Source of the DNA: Chara braunii
Lineage: Eukaryota > Plantae > Charophyceae
DNA: 64,000 nucleotides
Reading direction: 5' to 3'
NCBI GenBank assembly: GCA_003427395.1
Contig: BFEA01000001.1
Location: forward strand, 2,780,017-2,844,016
Shown here: positions 50,717 to 63,422 of the stretch, one piece after another
Layout: each line of letters begins with the position of its first letter
Position numbering within the stretch: the stretch's first letter is position 1
Translations under genes and position numbers: made by a program
The notes under the pieces: generated by a model
Told to the model about the DNA's origin: nothing
What the model saw: the letters and a program-made list of their open reading frames with translations, nothing else
Database searches by the model: none

Positions 50717-51325
50717 GTGGAGAGTCTAAGTATTGGATGGTTTGGGTCATGAACACTTTGAAGGAAGACTGTCCCAAAACAGAACACGGTAGCGGGCAGC
50801 AACCCAACAAAGCACCAGGTCTGTAGAGGCAACATGGCTGCTTAAGATAAAGACTAAATGCCATGGCAAGCGGATGCGCAGCGCGGCAATCGTTAGTGAA
50901 GTGCAAGGCGACACCAACAAGGCCACTGCACTGCAAGGGACGGCAGGGCAAGCTTATAAGCAGTATGACAACCATGCCTTGAAGCACAAGGCAGCACCAA
51001 CAAGGCAACCAAACTGTAAAAAGACATGTAAGGCACGGCCGGCGGATGGGCAGCAAGCCAGTGGAGCAGCAAAAAGCATAAGGCAAAACAAACAACATGG
51101 CCACACCACACAGTAAAAAGAGCAGCTTGCGAAGTAGGACCTGCGAACAAGTGGGATGGGCAGCAAGGCAGTGGCAGAGCGCAGATGCAACAGTCCATAC
51201 ATCCGATGTGGAGCAAAGCAACATGACCTACTCACATCACGGATGAACCCCACAGACTGTTGGTTCCCACCACCCACTGAGCCCGGAAGTCACTTGGACG
51301 AACATCCATCATCACCCGCAGGGCA

Positions 51326-51692
51326 GATAGACATCCCGAACGAAGCATCCCCCCTAAGAGTGCTGTAGGCACTCAGAGCGAGTAATGATCAACTGTTTGG
51401 ACAGACATCCCGAACTGAGCAGCCCCCCTAGGAGTGCTGTAGGCACTCTGAGTGAGTAATGATCAACTGTTTGGCACTGCTTGAGGGTGCTCGGTTGGGC
51501 ATACAGAGAACAGTAAAATCAGGGGAAGAATGGACAACAAGAGAAAGTCGTACATAAAATCACGTTTTCTTTTTTCCCTCTTCTTTTTGGGACATGGGAG
51601 TTTCACTCGGGATGGACAACAAGAGAAAGTCGTACATAAAATCACGTTTTCTTTTTTCCCTCTTCTTTTTGGGACATGGGAGTTTCACTCGG
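51326..51692. repeat. Two adjacent tandem duplications (~74 bp x2 and ~83 bp x2)
   Basis: GACATCCCGAAC...GATCAACTGTTTGG twice; ATGGACAACAAGAGAAAGTCG...GAGTTTCACTCGG twice. Confidence 0.9.
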
Positions 51693-52485
51693 TAGGATAT
51701 ATGATGTACCATATGGAGACGTTCTCTCGTTAACCACTACCGGTAGTTCACTAGTTCATCCAATAGCCCAGCCTGTATAAACCAATCCCCTGGGCGCTTG
51801 TCCGTGCGAGTGGGATGGTGCGTGTGCGAACGGGAAGGTCTGTGCTGCTCATGGAACGGGTAACGGCAGGGGTACAACGGCAGGTTGTGTGTGCGGCGTA
51901 GAAAGGCTCCCTTTCAAAAAATCCTGCCATTGGGGTTCGTAGCCTACTGTGGTGTTCCGTTTCCCCGCATGGCAGGGTTTTCTGAAAGGGAGGCGTGGCG
52001 GGACATTTCTTCCCTGCTGCCCTGAATACCAGCAGTGCTGTTCCTATGTTGCACTGGTACCTCATGTCCGTGCTGTTGCGGTTGTCCCCATTTGTGCACG
52101 GGGAAGCCGGACTCCGCTGGCAACGGAAGACTTTGCAAGGCCCGTCCTTCCCGTTCGGCAGAATTTCCCGAAGAAGGTGTCAAACACGTAAGCACCAGGG
52201 AGAGTGGCAATGTAGAGTCATCCTCTGATACTCTGCGTGGCCATAACTTTTCGTTCTGTGGAGTCTAAGAATTTGATTCGCCGATGTCGGATTTCTTTTC
52301 TGCCAGCCTCTGCCAGCCCTGTGGGCCAGGGGGAGCTGTAACTGTGGCCAGATACGTTCTGGGAAGTGCTAGTGTGAGAAGGCTGCGAAATGGAAGGGGC
52401 TGGAAGGACATTGATTGCTCCCGGCCTCTCAGGGGTAGTCACGTCAGAAAGAGATTCATCCAGCATGGCCATAGGTGTGGCCAGG

Positions 52486-52715
52486 CTATGTTGCACGGTG
52501 GCCGCGGCCTGGTTCGGCCCAGGCCACGGCCGGCGGCCTAGGGGGTTGGGGGGCGGGGAACGGGTCTCGAGTCGGGGGGGGGGGGGGCCTACCTCCTCAA
52601 AAAAAAAAAAAAAAAAAAATTTCGAAAATGGGGGGGTGGATTTTGTGGACTACCAAAAATAAATAAATAAATAGAAAACAAAAAAAAATTCCCTCCGCTC
52701 CACGGCGCGTGCACA

Positions 52716-52764
<49 letters not shown>

Positions 52765-52951
52765 CGCGCGCGCGCACCTCCCACACACACACACACATGC
52801 ACACACACACTTTCTCGCCGAAGTTGCGCGGGCGGGACCCCGCGCAACTTCGGTGCGAGTAAGTGAGGGTGTGTGTGAGTGTGTGTATGCGTGTGTGTGT
52901 GTGTGTGATTGAGTGGGGGTTGGGGCGGCGACCCATCCCCCACCAATCAAC

Positions 52952-52992
<41 letters not shown>

Positions 52993-53067
52993 CAAAGAAA
53001 AAAAAAAAGTGAAAACAAAAAACAAGAAAAGCGGGTTTTCCCGTTTTTGTTTTTACTTTTTTTTCTC

Positions 53068-53106
<39 letters not shown>

Positions 53107-53139
53107 GGGGGATGGGTCACCCCCCAACCCCCACCCAAT

Positions 53140-53188
<49 letters not shown>

Positions 53189-53456
53189 CTGCACGGGGTT
53201 TCAAAAAGTTTTTTTTTGTTTTTTGTTTTTTCTGTTTTTATTTTTTCTGTTTTTATTTTTTGTTACGCAATTGAAAACAATAATGCCCCCCCAAAAAATA
53301 TGGGTGTGTAAGTTTTTTTTAGCCCTACACGCCCATTTGTTTTTTTTCATGCGTTAAAAAAAAAAAAAAATCCTGCACAAAACTCGGCTGGTCGGCCTTG
53401 GCCGAACCGAGCCGATTCGGCCATCGGCCGAGGCCGCGGCCGGGCGTGCAACATAG
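52486..53456. mobile_element. Non-autonomous hAT MITE with internal inverted repeat
   Basis: Perfect TIR CTATGTTGCACG / CGTGCAACATAG. Perfect 8-bp TSD TGGCCAGG (52478-52485, 53457-53464). Subterminal GGCCG repeats. Internal (TG)n..(CAAT)n / (ATTG)n..(CA)n inversion. Confidence 0.92.
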
Positions 53457-55408
53457 TGGCCAGGTGCCTTCTAGAAAGTGCTAGCGTGAGAATGGCCTGA
53501 AACTTTTCTTTTTTTTTTTTTTTCCCTTTCGGTTGAGTCCTGCCAGCAAGGTGGGGCGCTCTCTATCCTCTTGTCCTCGCATGTGGAAACATGTGCATGG
53601 CACAAACCAGCAGGGCATGTTAGTCCGTTTGCCCCTTTTCCTTGGGCCCACGGGCTTCCTCCCTTGTTGCATTAGTGGGCCTTCCCTAGCCCCAAAGTTG
53701 TTGGAGTGGGCGACTAGTTCTTTTTCCTGCAAGGCTGGACCCGTGCACTAGTTTGAACCACATGTACATACGAGCCTCTTTTTTGCCGAGGTGGATTCCA
53801 GCTGCACGCCAAGGATTGCTGAAATGCAGTGCTGGGCTTTTCGGTTAGTCTGGCTGGCACAGCCAGTCATTTTGTCCGGTTCATCTCAAGACTGACTGGG
53901 CCATGTACTGGTGGTTTAATGTTGTTGCTGCCATCAGTAGATTCAGTACCCCAGGTTCAGGCGATCCTACCTGCAGCTGCATTAGGAGAGCCACCACGGG
54001 CCATTTGTTTTCTTATTATCGGTCACCTGCTGCCTACCGGCAAGATCCAGTTGAATGTTTTTTTTACTAGAAGTCAGAGGACCCGTAGTACCTGCCTAAC
54101 TCGACGCTGGACCCGGTTTCCAGCAGGTGCAGCTCCCCACCAATAGAATGGAGCCAGTAGCTGCAACATCACTAGCAGTTCCGACGGGTTAAAAAAAAAA
54201 AAAAAAAAAGGGAAGCACTGGCTACTTCGCCAGTAGGGAAGGGGTCTAGGTATCTGCTTAGCCTAAGCAGGATTTACTCTACACAGCCTGAAGGAACAAC
54301 TCCCTTGGATTCCGGAGTGGATGTGACCGAAAATGTACGGTGAATAATTGTGGGGTTCAAGGTCGCGGGGTCGAAGGAATGCATCGAAGTGAAGGAAATT
54401 AGGCTACCATGATAGCATGTTGTGGCGTCAGCAGAGGGCTTGCGCTGGTGCTCAAGCAGGTCTGGTTTACTATAGGCCGAACCGGCTGGCAGCCCCTGGT
54501 GGGCTAATTGTGGTTTGCATGCGTAGAATATGAGATGTCCATGGCTGAGGTGGGGACTGTAAACAACAAGCAAAAGTGGGTGTGGATGGGTCAGAGCGAA
54601 GGACGAAGGAGCGGGAAGTGGAGGGGTTTGAAGTGCTGCTATGATATGCCTCTCTCTGTCTTTGGCCTACTATATGTAAAGCACGAGTGAGTTGTCAATG
54701 AGCGCACCAAGGTCTCGAATGCCAATCCCCTTCCTGCTCTTTCGTCCTTTGCTCTGACACATCCAGGATGGGGACCGTGTCCTTGGCTCGAGCATGAGCG
54801 ACTTGACTATGGGAATGGCATGTCAGCCACATATGCGCGTTTACTATGGAGAGAAAAGGATGTGGATTGTGTTCGATTCAACTTGACGATATGTCCATCT
54901 GTGCATGGTCGATTTGAAACGAGGATCGAATCACGTGTGGCCTCAGCTTCAGGTGTTGGCTGTGGCTGACTGCAGGCACGTACTCTCTTTTCCCTCTGTC
55001 CTAGTAGAATTTGGATGTGAACTGTTTTTATACCACCGAAGCATTGACGTGGTTTTTCACTGATATTCGTGCAGCACAAGGTCAAAGTATTCATACCACA
55101 GAAAGGAAGAGAGATTGTGCTTGCATGTGTACCGTAGAAAGGAAATAGCTGAGTGGAGTAGACAGGTAGTTATTCTTTCATCCGTAGATGCCGTTGTCAG
55201 CCCTTCACGGTCTAACTATAGTCTTCCGCCATGCAGAACGTGTGGTCATAATAGCGGCATTTTGGGCCTCTTCTTGTCTGGGTATTGTGATATCGCCCGC
55301 ACGGTCAAGCGGACGATGGTAATGACCCCACGGTCAATTGTGCTTCTAGAAGCACAATTTTGGGCCTCTTCCTGTCTGGGCGCAGGACCTTTTAGATTCA
55401 GCTTGCTA

Positions 55409-55756
55409 CTACCTGTGCGGAGAGCGGATGGTGGTCTTCTCCCAATGGATGAGAAAGGCTCCCAAGGGCAGATGTTGCATCCTGTAAATCGACGTGCGGA
55501 GCTGTGGACAATGGACATAGCTCAGTTCAATCTCCCCCTTGGTGCAAGACCTCCCTCCCCCCCCTCCTCGGTGTAAGACCCCACTCCTAGAAGCACAAGC
55601 CCGGTCACAAAGCAGGTGCCTCGATGCGAGCTCGGAACAAGCATAGCACTTCCGATACCTTTGGCACGTCGAGAATCCAATCACTTCGGCGACTTCGCTA
55701 TACGCTGGAAGCGCCTTAGAATGGGAAGTTCTTTCCAAAGGAACATAAACAATCAT
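55409..55756 (-). pseudogene. Possible highly decayed LINE ORF2 C-terminal zinc-finger remnant
   Basis: SKALPAY...RKCYACSELASRHLLCDRAC resembles the CX2C..E..HL..C tail of L1 ORF2. No RT motifs seen. Confidence 0.3.
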
Positions 55757-55769
55757 CCGAGTTACCCAT

Positions 55770-55835
55770 GGGCCTAGCTCAGTTGGTACACCCGTGAACT
55801 GTTGAAATACAGACCTAAGTTCGAATCCTCATGCA
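55770..55835 (+). other. tRNA-derived SINE-head-like sequence
   Basis: A-box TAGCTCAGTTGG (55775-55786), arm CTGT-tgaaat-ACAG, B-box GTTCGAATCC (55819-55828). No acceptor stem. Related sequence CTGCTGAAATACAGAACCAAGTTCAAATCC at 408-437. Confidence 0.6.
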
Positions 55836-56080
55836 ATCAGATGAGCTGAATAATATAATTCTGAATTACCTGGGGCTGCTGAGCTCAGTAATCATATCTC
55901 TGATCTCTGATGATATCTCAAGGGCGTTGCCCTTCAGAAAGAAACTCAAAAAAACTTTAAAAATGTATATTTTTCTGAGTTCATTGGTCAATCAGTGGGC
56001 TTGCCACTAGACAACCTGCTTTGGTTGTTTTTATTTTGTCTCTTTTTTTTTTTTCTTTTTTTTTTCTTCTCCCCAGTAAG

Positions 56081-56196
56081 TGGTGGTAAGAGAACCATCG
56101 GGATTGAGGTCTTGCCTGGCGGGCCGCTCCATCTATTGGTGGGGAGCATCTCCTGCTGGAAACCGGGTCCAGCGTCCCTTGAATACATCTTTGCAA
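56081..56196 (-). repeat. Copy of a short A-tailed dispersed repeat (inverted partner of 59635-59750)
   Basis: ~115-bp reverse-complement match to 59635-59750. Core hairpin GCTGGA-CCCGGTT-TCCAGC also at 54105, 56228 (-) and 57181. Confidence 0.85.
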
Positions 56197-56493
56197 GCCT
56201 TTGCATCATTGAGCCAGGCACCACTGTGCTGGAAACCGGGTCCAGCGTCCCATAACCAAACTTTTGCCTCCCTTCCTATCCTGTGGTCTATCTCAGTGCC
56301 TGTGTGATATTATCGGTGGGTTGATGTAACAGCTGGATTGACTGGGGAAAGGGACGCATGGCCTAGGATTTGGACACGAGGCGTCAACTCAGAGGAAGTG
56401 GAGGGAGGGAGGAGGAGACTAGGAATATGGTCATTTTCCTGGAGGAAGGTTTTCATATGAACAAAATTACTGTTTGCATTCTTGTCTTATAGG

Positions 56494-56550
<57 letters not shown>

Positions 56551-57937
56551 AGCTAGACAGAAGATGGGTGATGAGATGACACATTTTTCTAAATTCCTCC
56601 TTCACCTGTTGTCTCTCTCTCTCTCTACTCTGGTTCTGTCTTACTATTGTTATGAACACAGGGACAGGCCCCACTGGTGCTATGTTTGTGTTTGAACACG
56701 AACCTGCTTGCAAAAATTGTCTTAAGTGGGACTGGCTTTGTGCTATGTTTGTGCTATGTTTGTACTTAAAAAAAAAAAACACTATCTTACTTATCTATTC
56801 TACATTGATCTTGTCACGTAATAAAAATCAATCATAATAGAGTATAATAATTTGATTACAATTTTATTAATATATTATATAGCCTGATATTCTTTTTTTA
56901 GTTTATGAATAGCTAGATTTCTTTTCAAGAAAGTATGTAACAAAACCTTCTTGCTGAAGTTTGAACATGAACCTTCTTGAAGTGGCTCAGTGGTTACCCT
57001 GTAACCTGCAACGGCAGGAGTGTGGGGCCTTGTAGAGAGATCTGGGGTTTGCCGAGGGAGGAAGGTAGAATGATATAGCATAGTATTCAGTTTTTTAGTT
57101 CTTCATCAAAAAAAGATTCTTAGCTGAAGCCGGGTAATGGTCCCGGGACCTCATATGTTGTGTAATAATTCATGTGGGACGCTGGACCCGGTTTCCAGCG
57201 CCCCCCCCCAAAAAAAAAAAAGAAAGTGGCTCAGTGGTTGGAACTTGGAAATGTGCATTCAGGTATAAGGACGAGGTTCAAATCAACGACCAGCGGGCGT
57301 CAACCGACGTACTGCCATTCGCACACTCCCCTTGGGACGACGCATGGTAAGTTTATACAGACACTGCCTGCGCACCGCCCAAGGGGTCCTTGTCCATGGT
57401 TGCTGTATGCTGGGATAGCCTTGTGGGAGGATTTTTGGGGGGTCGGTTTGCATGTTGGTCTGATGATCTCAGGTCTCTTCTGGTAGTCACTCCATGGGGG
57501 AGGTAGGGCCAAGGGGGTTAGGGGATCCAGAGATGCACTCTAGACAAGGTGTACGTATAGGAACCCGTTGGTGTCTAGGATCTATCTGAAGTCCCGGGCC
57601 GTTGCATAGACGGGTTCTACGAGGAACTCGGCGTATAAATATGAACCAATTGAACCCCACTAGCATATAAGGGAATTGATTGAGATTGTAAGTAGTATAG
57701 CATGCTGGCCTTGAACCCTGGTCTGGGGCTCCCTGCCTCTCCCTAGGGGGGGTCTGTCTAGATGTCCGGGTACCATGGAGTTTCCCTGTTAGAGGGTGGC
57801 CCTCATAGTGGAGGGGAGTGGCACAGTGGGCAGTATGTCTAGGTGTGCTACCCCTCGTGTGTGTCTCGAACCACAAGGGCAAAGGCTGTCTCATCTCTGG
57901 GGTGTGTGTGAGGGAAGGGGTACAGGAACTTTGTGGT

Positions 57938-58072
57938 AGGTTGGGCTGAATGGTTCAGATTGCTTAATGGGTAGTTCAGATCGCTTAATGGATAGTTGGG
58001 CTGAATGGTTCAGATTGCTTAATGGATAGTTCAGAGTGCTTAATGGATAGTTCGGACTGCTTAATGGATAGC
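57938..58072. repeat. 21-bp minisatellite (GTTCAGATTGCTTAATGGATA)n
   Basis: Five degenerate copies. Confidence 0.85.
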
Positions 58073-58737
58073 TCACCGTTCGAGGGGGGTAGCGGACCAT
58101 CGGGTGCGAGATGATTGGGATTAGGAGCACTTGGCTGACTAGTCGTTGATAGGCAGTGTATAGACATTGTGGTACTGTCATAGCCCCGTCATCAGGGTCC
58201 ATGGGCCCATCAGGGTCCATGGGCCCACCAGGGGACCAATCAAGAGTAGGCGATGAGATAGTCATTGGGGTTGGAGGAACTACGGTGGTAGAGAGGATGT
58301 GATAAAGTGTGGCTCGGTGAAGGACTTGTACTGAGCCTGTCTCCTGATCTAGTCTAGGATAGGCGGGATTTGGGGGGGTTATTGCACAGTAATAGTAGGG
58401 GGGTAGGTCCACTACTCCTGTCCGAGGAGGGATCGGCTAGGGATCAGCTAGTCAATGGTTGGGGGACAAAGCTGCATAGAGTGGGCCCGCAATACATCCA
58501 GTTGGAGGATAGGATCTGTAGGGACAGAACCCGAACTCTACTGGAAAGCTGTAGATGTGGAAGGGAAATGACTTGCGATAAGTCTTAGGGCTCTGAGTCC
58601 TTACGGGAGGGCCAAGTGGGTCACTTTGAGCGACTGAACCCAGAGAGTATTCCCGTGCCTGATACCCTGCCTCTACAACAACCTGGGCGTTTTGAAAGAA
58701 AAAGAAAAAAAGGCTCTCAAGTGGGACTTTTTAAGCA

Positions 58738-58862
58738 TGTCTATCTTTGTGCTATGTCTGTGCTATGTTTCTGCTATGTCTGTGCTATGTTTTCGCTATG
58801 CCTGTGCTATGTTTGTGCTATGCTTGTGCTATGTTTGTGCTATGTTTGTGCTATGTTGTGCT
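58738..58862. repeat. 11-bp minisatellite (TGTGCTATGTT)n
   Basis: About 11 copies. Related short array at 56677-56765. Confidence 0.9.
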
Positions 58863-59634
58863 TTGAAGATGGACCTGCCTGCTTGAAAAATTGACTATCT
58901 TTGTGGTTTCATAGCATAACCATAGCACAAGTGGGGGCATAGAAAGGCAGGTCTAACTGGGATATGTTTGTGATAAGAAAGCAACAACATATTGCCGTTG
59001 GGGCTTCGTGCTCAGTATTCTGGATGGTATTAGGAATGGTTGTGTTCTCAACTAGTTCCGTGAGCACACTAGTTGAGAACACAACAACTATGAGCCTAGC
59101 TCCCGAGGTTCCCGTATAACGATTCTTGTATGCTAGTGCCTCAACTGGGGCTGAATGGGGAAGCTCATTCAGCGTCAGTGCCCACGTTGGCTGTCTGGTC
59201 AGGTTGCTCCAGTAGAGAGTGATGTTCCTCGCATGAGGTAAGATAGAAATGGAGTGGGGGTGCGCCAGGAGATATATTGAGAGGAGTGGTAGGATGGGAG
59301 TCTCGTGAGTATCAAAAAAAAAAAAAAAGGATAAACATAGCACCAGTGGAGCACTGTCTTCACCGCAACAGAGCACACAGTATCACCACTGGTCTTGGGG
59401 CAAATTTTCAGTGTAGATACAGTGATAATGACGGGGCCTTCTCTTCAGGTGAAGACGGTAGTGCTTACTGTCCTTGATGGTGTTCCGATATAATGCTTGC
59501 ATTGTATATGCTAGATTGTGCTGGAGGTTGGGCAGATGGAGGTTGGGCCGATGTAGATCTTTATGGGCTGTCTATGCTTTAGATGTTATATAGGGGGGTG
59601 GGGCACAATGGTGTCACTTCCAATGATGAATTGT

Positions 59635-59750
59635 TTGTAAAGATGTATCCAAGGGACGCTGGACCCGGTTTCCAGCAGGTGCTGCTCCCCACCAATAGAT
59701 GGAGCGGCCCGCTAGGCAAAGCCTCAATCCTGATGGTTCTCTTACCACCA
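59635..59750 (+). repeat. Copy of the same dispersed repeat
   Basis: See 56081-56196. Followed by an A-run at 59786-59793 next to a gap. Confidence 0.85.
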
Positions 59751-62379
59751 CCAGGATAGAAGCCTTGCACATGGGCCTTAACCACAAAAAAAANNNNNNN
59801 NNNNNNNNNNNNNNNNNNNNNNNNNNNNNNNNNNNNNGGTGACTGTACTGGATGAAACTGCAAATCCTTTCCACCGTCAAGAATTCAATAAATTAAGAGC
59901 ACGCCCAACACTTCTCTCCAGCACAGTCGGGAGAGCCTCCGACTGAATTGATTACTCTGTAATGTAATGACCTGCCAAACACGGACTGAGACACACAGCC
60001 GATTTCTGAGTTTTGCTGATGGAATGTATGGTTTGCTGAGTTTCCCGCTTGTTGCTGATTTTTCTAAGTCTGAATGGGTGAGTGCTTGCTGGTTTGTGTG
60101 CCTGTCTGAGTGCTTGTCGGTTTGAGTGTGGGTGTGACCTGCAAAGGTACTTGACCGTGCTCGAGGTCCGAAGGGCCGGTACTTACCTGTGCCGGTGACA
60201 TTGAGGGTTGCAGCGGAGAAAAGAAGGAAAAAAAAAGAAGAAATGATGTTCAGGGACATTCTTCTTCTTATCTTCATCACCTTGGTGGGCGCTGCATCTG
60301 GAAGGGCCCGGTTGGGGAAGAGCTACACCAAGAAGCTTCGAGGCAGAGTCAGGCATGGCGGCCTGAGTTAGAGCTGCCATAGCTGCTCTGTGTTGTCCTT
60401 TGCACAGCAGGGCAATGCCCTGGTAGTCTGCCATAGCCTCGGCCTTGGAGGAAGGAGGAAGAAGGGTGGCCATGGCTATGGTGGACGTCGTGTGATGCCT
60501 GCAGTAGAAGGACTCGGACATTGATTCTGGTTCAGCCATTCAACATTATTATTATTATTATTTCTTGTTTGAATAAGAGGGGAGGAGATAAAGAGGAGGA
60601 GAGTGGTTGTCGAAGAAGGGAATTATCATTCGTCTTTGCTGGTGTATAACATCTTTCTTTCTTCTTCTTCTTCTTTCCCTCTCTCTCCTCCTCTCAAGTT
60701 TATTCATTTCTTTTTGCAATTGCACGGCGTTGTACTTTTTCATGAATGTGTACTTCGAAATTGGCCAGGTTCATAACATTGGTATGGGAGTGGATTCTGC
60801 TTGCTGGTGAGAGTTGACTTTGCTGCGCTAACCCTAACCTAAGTGGTTGAGGGCACCACTTAGGGCAAGGGCTAGTTTGTGAAGGGAAGTGGGGCAGCGT
60901 GGCCTAGGGAAGCTGGATAACTGGTAGGGTCGTGCTGGTGTTGGCTGTTGACCCGCCAGGTTGCTTGAGAGTAAGCTTGGGGTGGCGAGATATTTCGTGG
61001 AGACTTCGTGCAACAATTTGAGAGAGGTGACAGTGAGAGGCACTCACACCTGGAATGTTTAAGGGAGACACTTGGAGACTTTAGGGCTTCCCTCAAGTAG
61101 GCGAGCTCTACCTTATGGATGGAGAAATGAAGTATCTTGCTTTCGTCGAGTCCTTCTATAGTACTTTGTCTATCTCTGAGCGGTTGTAGTCTGTAGGTTC
61201 TCTCTAGAAAGTTGACATTCTTTTTCAGTATTGTAGAGGAAGAAAGTAGGTCCACGCGAAACTCCTTTTGGTTGGGACTCCGTCACGGTGTACGTGGGAA
61301 CCTTAGGTACCCTTAGGGACTGGCCCAGGCAAGCAGGGTCCCTTGGAGCCAAATCTGTTAGACATTGGTTCATCCTCTTTCTAACTGTGATTCAGTTTTT
61401 TTTGTTACGACACTCGTTGCCTAGGGAATCTCGGCGGAGACGTCTCGCACACTTTTATTGCATCATTCCTGGCTTGACTCGCACCTTGTACACCACTCAA
61501 TTCTTCATTGTTGCATTTGTTACTCGTTGTCTGATTTGTTATACATTCACAGAACTGGTGAGACTGGATCGAGGGGATCTCGTATTCGGGTTGAGTAGGT
61601 TGCTCGTCTAGCAGTTGGACCTTTGGGTTGGTTTCTTTCTTTGAGTTCATTTTCAATGTCTGTAGAGATACCAAAGGGAAGAAAGAGTGAGAAAAGGAAG
61701 AGTGGGAAAGTGGCTGTCTTGCGTGGACAATCACTGGGAAATGGAATGTTCTTCCTAGCGAAAGGGGGAGTGTACACCTTGAGAATCTGGTTGATTCCTT
61801 TGTTGATTGACGTCTCGCCCAACCCATCTGTCGACAGTAACGCTTCAAAAATGGCCCAGCCACAGCTAACCTCAGTGCAGTGGTAAGCCGTATTGAATGC
61901 AGTTTGTGAGTCAGAAAAACCGTACGTGCGGGTACTCTATGATGTTGCTCTCAAAAGGGAACAGTAGACGGAGAAAGAGAGGAAGGAGTTGTTGCTCAAA
62001 AGTTCAATGTCCATGTTGGAAATTGTTCCCTTACTGAGTAAAGAATGGTGTCGGGAAAAAGTACAACCTATCCTCATCGCTATCGTTCAAGTCCGAAATC
62101 TTGAGGATTATACCACTCAGTTCTTCAAAGTTCTTGCAGAATACAGAAACTTGAGAAGGATTTGAGCAATATGACTTGCAAGTACGACAAGCTCAAGCAG
62201 TTAATCCTCTCCCTTTATACCCTTGGTCCGGAGGTGCTATTGAAATTGTGGCGACAAGTCTTTTGGGACATGCAGCAAGTGTAGATTCCGTTGTCCCTAC
62301 AGTATGTCATAACGCGGAAAATATTGCAAATACTGCAACCCCAAAATCAAAACCAACAGGAGTTGGTCCCAACTACGGC

Positions 62380-62900
62380 GATTCCTATGTTGATCAAAAG
62401 GTGGTGCACATACCGTGTAAGTACAACGACAAGGAAGATATTGAATTATGGATCAGCTCCATGAGACCTTATTTCAAGGGTATGAGAAGTTGGATAGAGA
62501 CACGTTCCGTTATCATAGGAATGCATGTCAAACCTATTGTACGAGGCTTCTTAGAAATTCAATCTACGCAAGTTCGGGTCTCAAAGATAGAAATGACATG
62601 TCTTAAAGCCACGCCGATTGCCACATTTGAAGAACTTTAATTAAACAATACATGGATCCACATGCTGCTGCAAGGGCAAGGAGGCAGCTTGATAACATTG
62701 AACGCAGCTCCGTGAAAACCCTTCAAACCTACCTTAGCAAAATGTTTGCCACACTCGGATTAGAAATGATCGGATGTATTGAAAGGCGCAGTTCGGACTA
62801 CCTTTACTAATCAACTAGGCATGAATTTTATTGGAAATATTGGCCGTTGTCCTTAATGAAGGATGTAGGCAGTTTTGAGGCAGTGTACCTCGTTTTCACA
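62380..62900 (+). pseudogene. Decayed retrotransposon gag remnant
   Basis: IPCKYNDKEDIELWISSMRPYF... has the P.KY.G..D...W...M..YF gag N-terminal pattern. Stops and frameshifts follow. Confidence 0.55.
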
Positions 62901-63422
62901 GCAAGCAATAAAAAATTAATAGGCGATAGGCGACTTAGAGGCAACAACCGCTTTGTTGTACATAACTTGTTGGACGTGGGTGAGAAGGTCTATAGAGATG
63001 ACCCCACTCTTGGTATAACGAAGAACAATACGTTGATACAGTTTGTTCCTCTTCCACCCATGAGTCTGACACTAACCACGATGAGAAAAACTTACTACCA
63101 TTAAAAAAATTGTCAATGTAAAAGGACCGAACAACAATTCGAGGAAGAACTATATCCAACTTCTCTGCGGAGATAAAATCTCATAGAAACCGAAGGACGC
63201 AACAAACAAAATGGTTGAGTTTTGGATCATTGAAAATGATTGCAGGGTTAGACTCAGGAAAAGGGTTTGCCTACATAGTCAAAACCGAATCGCAAAGTAC
63301 AGGGTTGTTTAGGCTGCAAGGAAACTAGAATCGGGTGTAGAGTTGACATCAGCACCCTCTGCAACAAGGAAGATTGGATCTGATGCAGATCAACAATGCT
63401 CTTTTGAAACCCCATCAGCTGG

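Noticed and set aside
50394-51224. 276-aa Cys/Leu-rich minus-strand ORF
   Set aside because: Composition reflects a CA/GCA-rich repeat strand; no domain motifs; overlaps the hammerhead repeat remnant.
55770-55835. Functional tRNA gene (also 632-664, 24930-25040, 57227-57284)
   Set aside because: A/B boxes are present, but no acceptor stem or complete cloverleaf can be formed.
59655-59740. HDV-like ribozyme in the GCTGGA/TCCAGC repeat
   Set aside because: I could not build the nested double pseudoknot (P1.1, P3 and J4/2 are missing).
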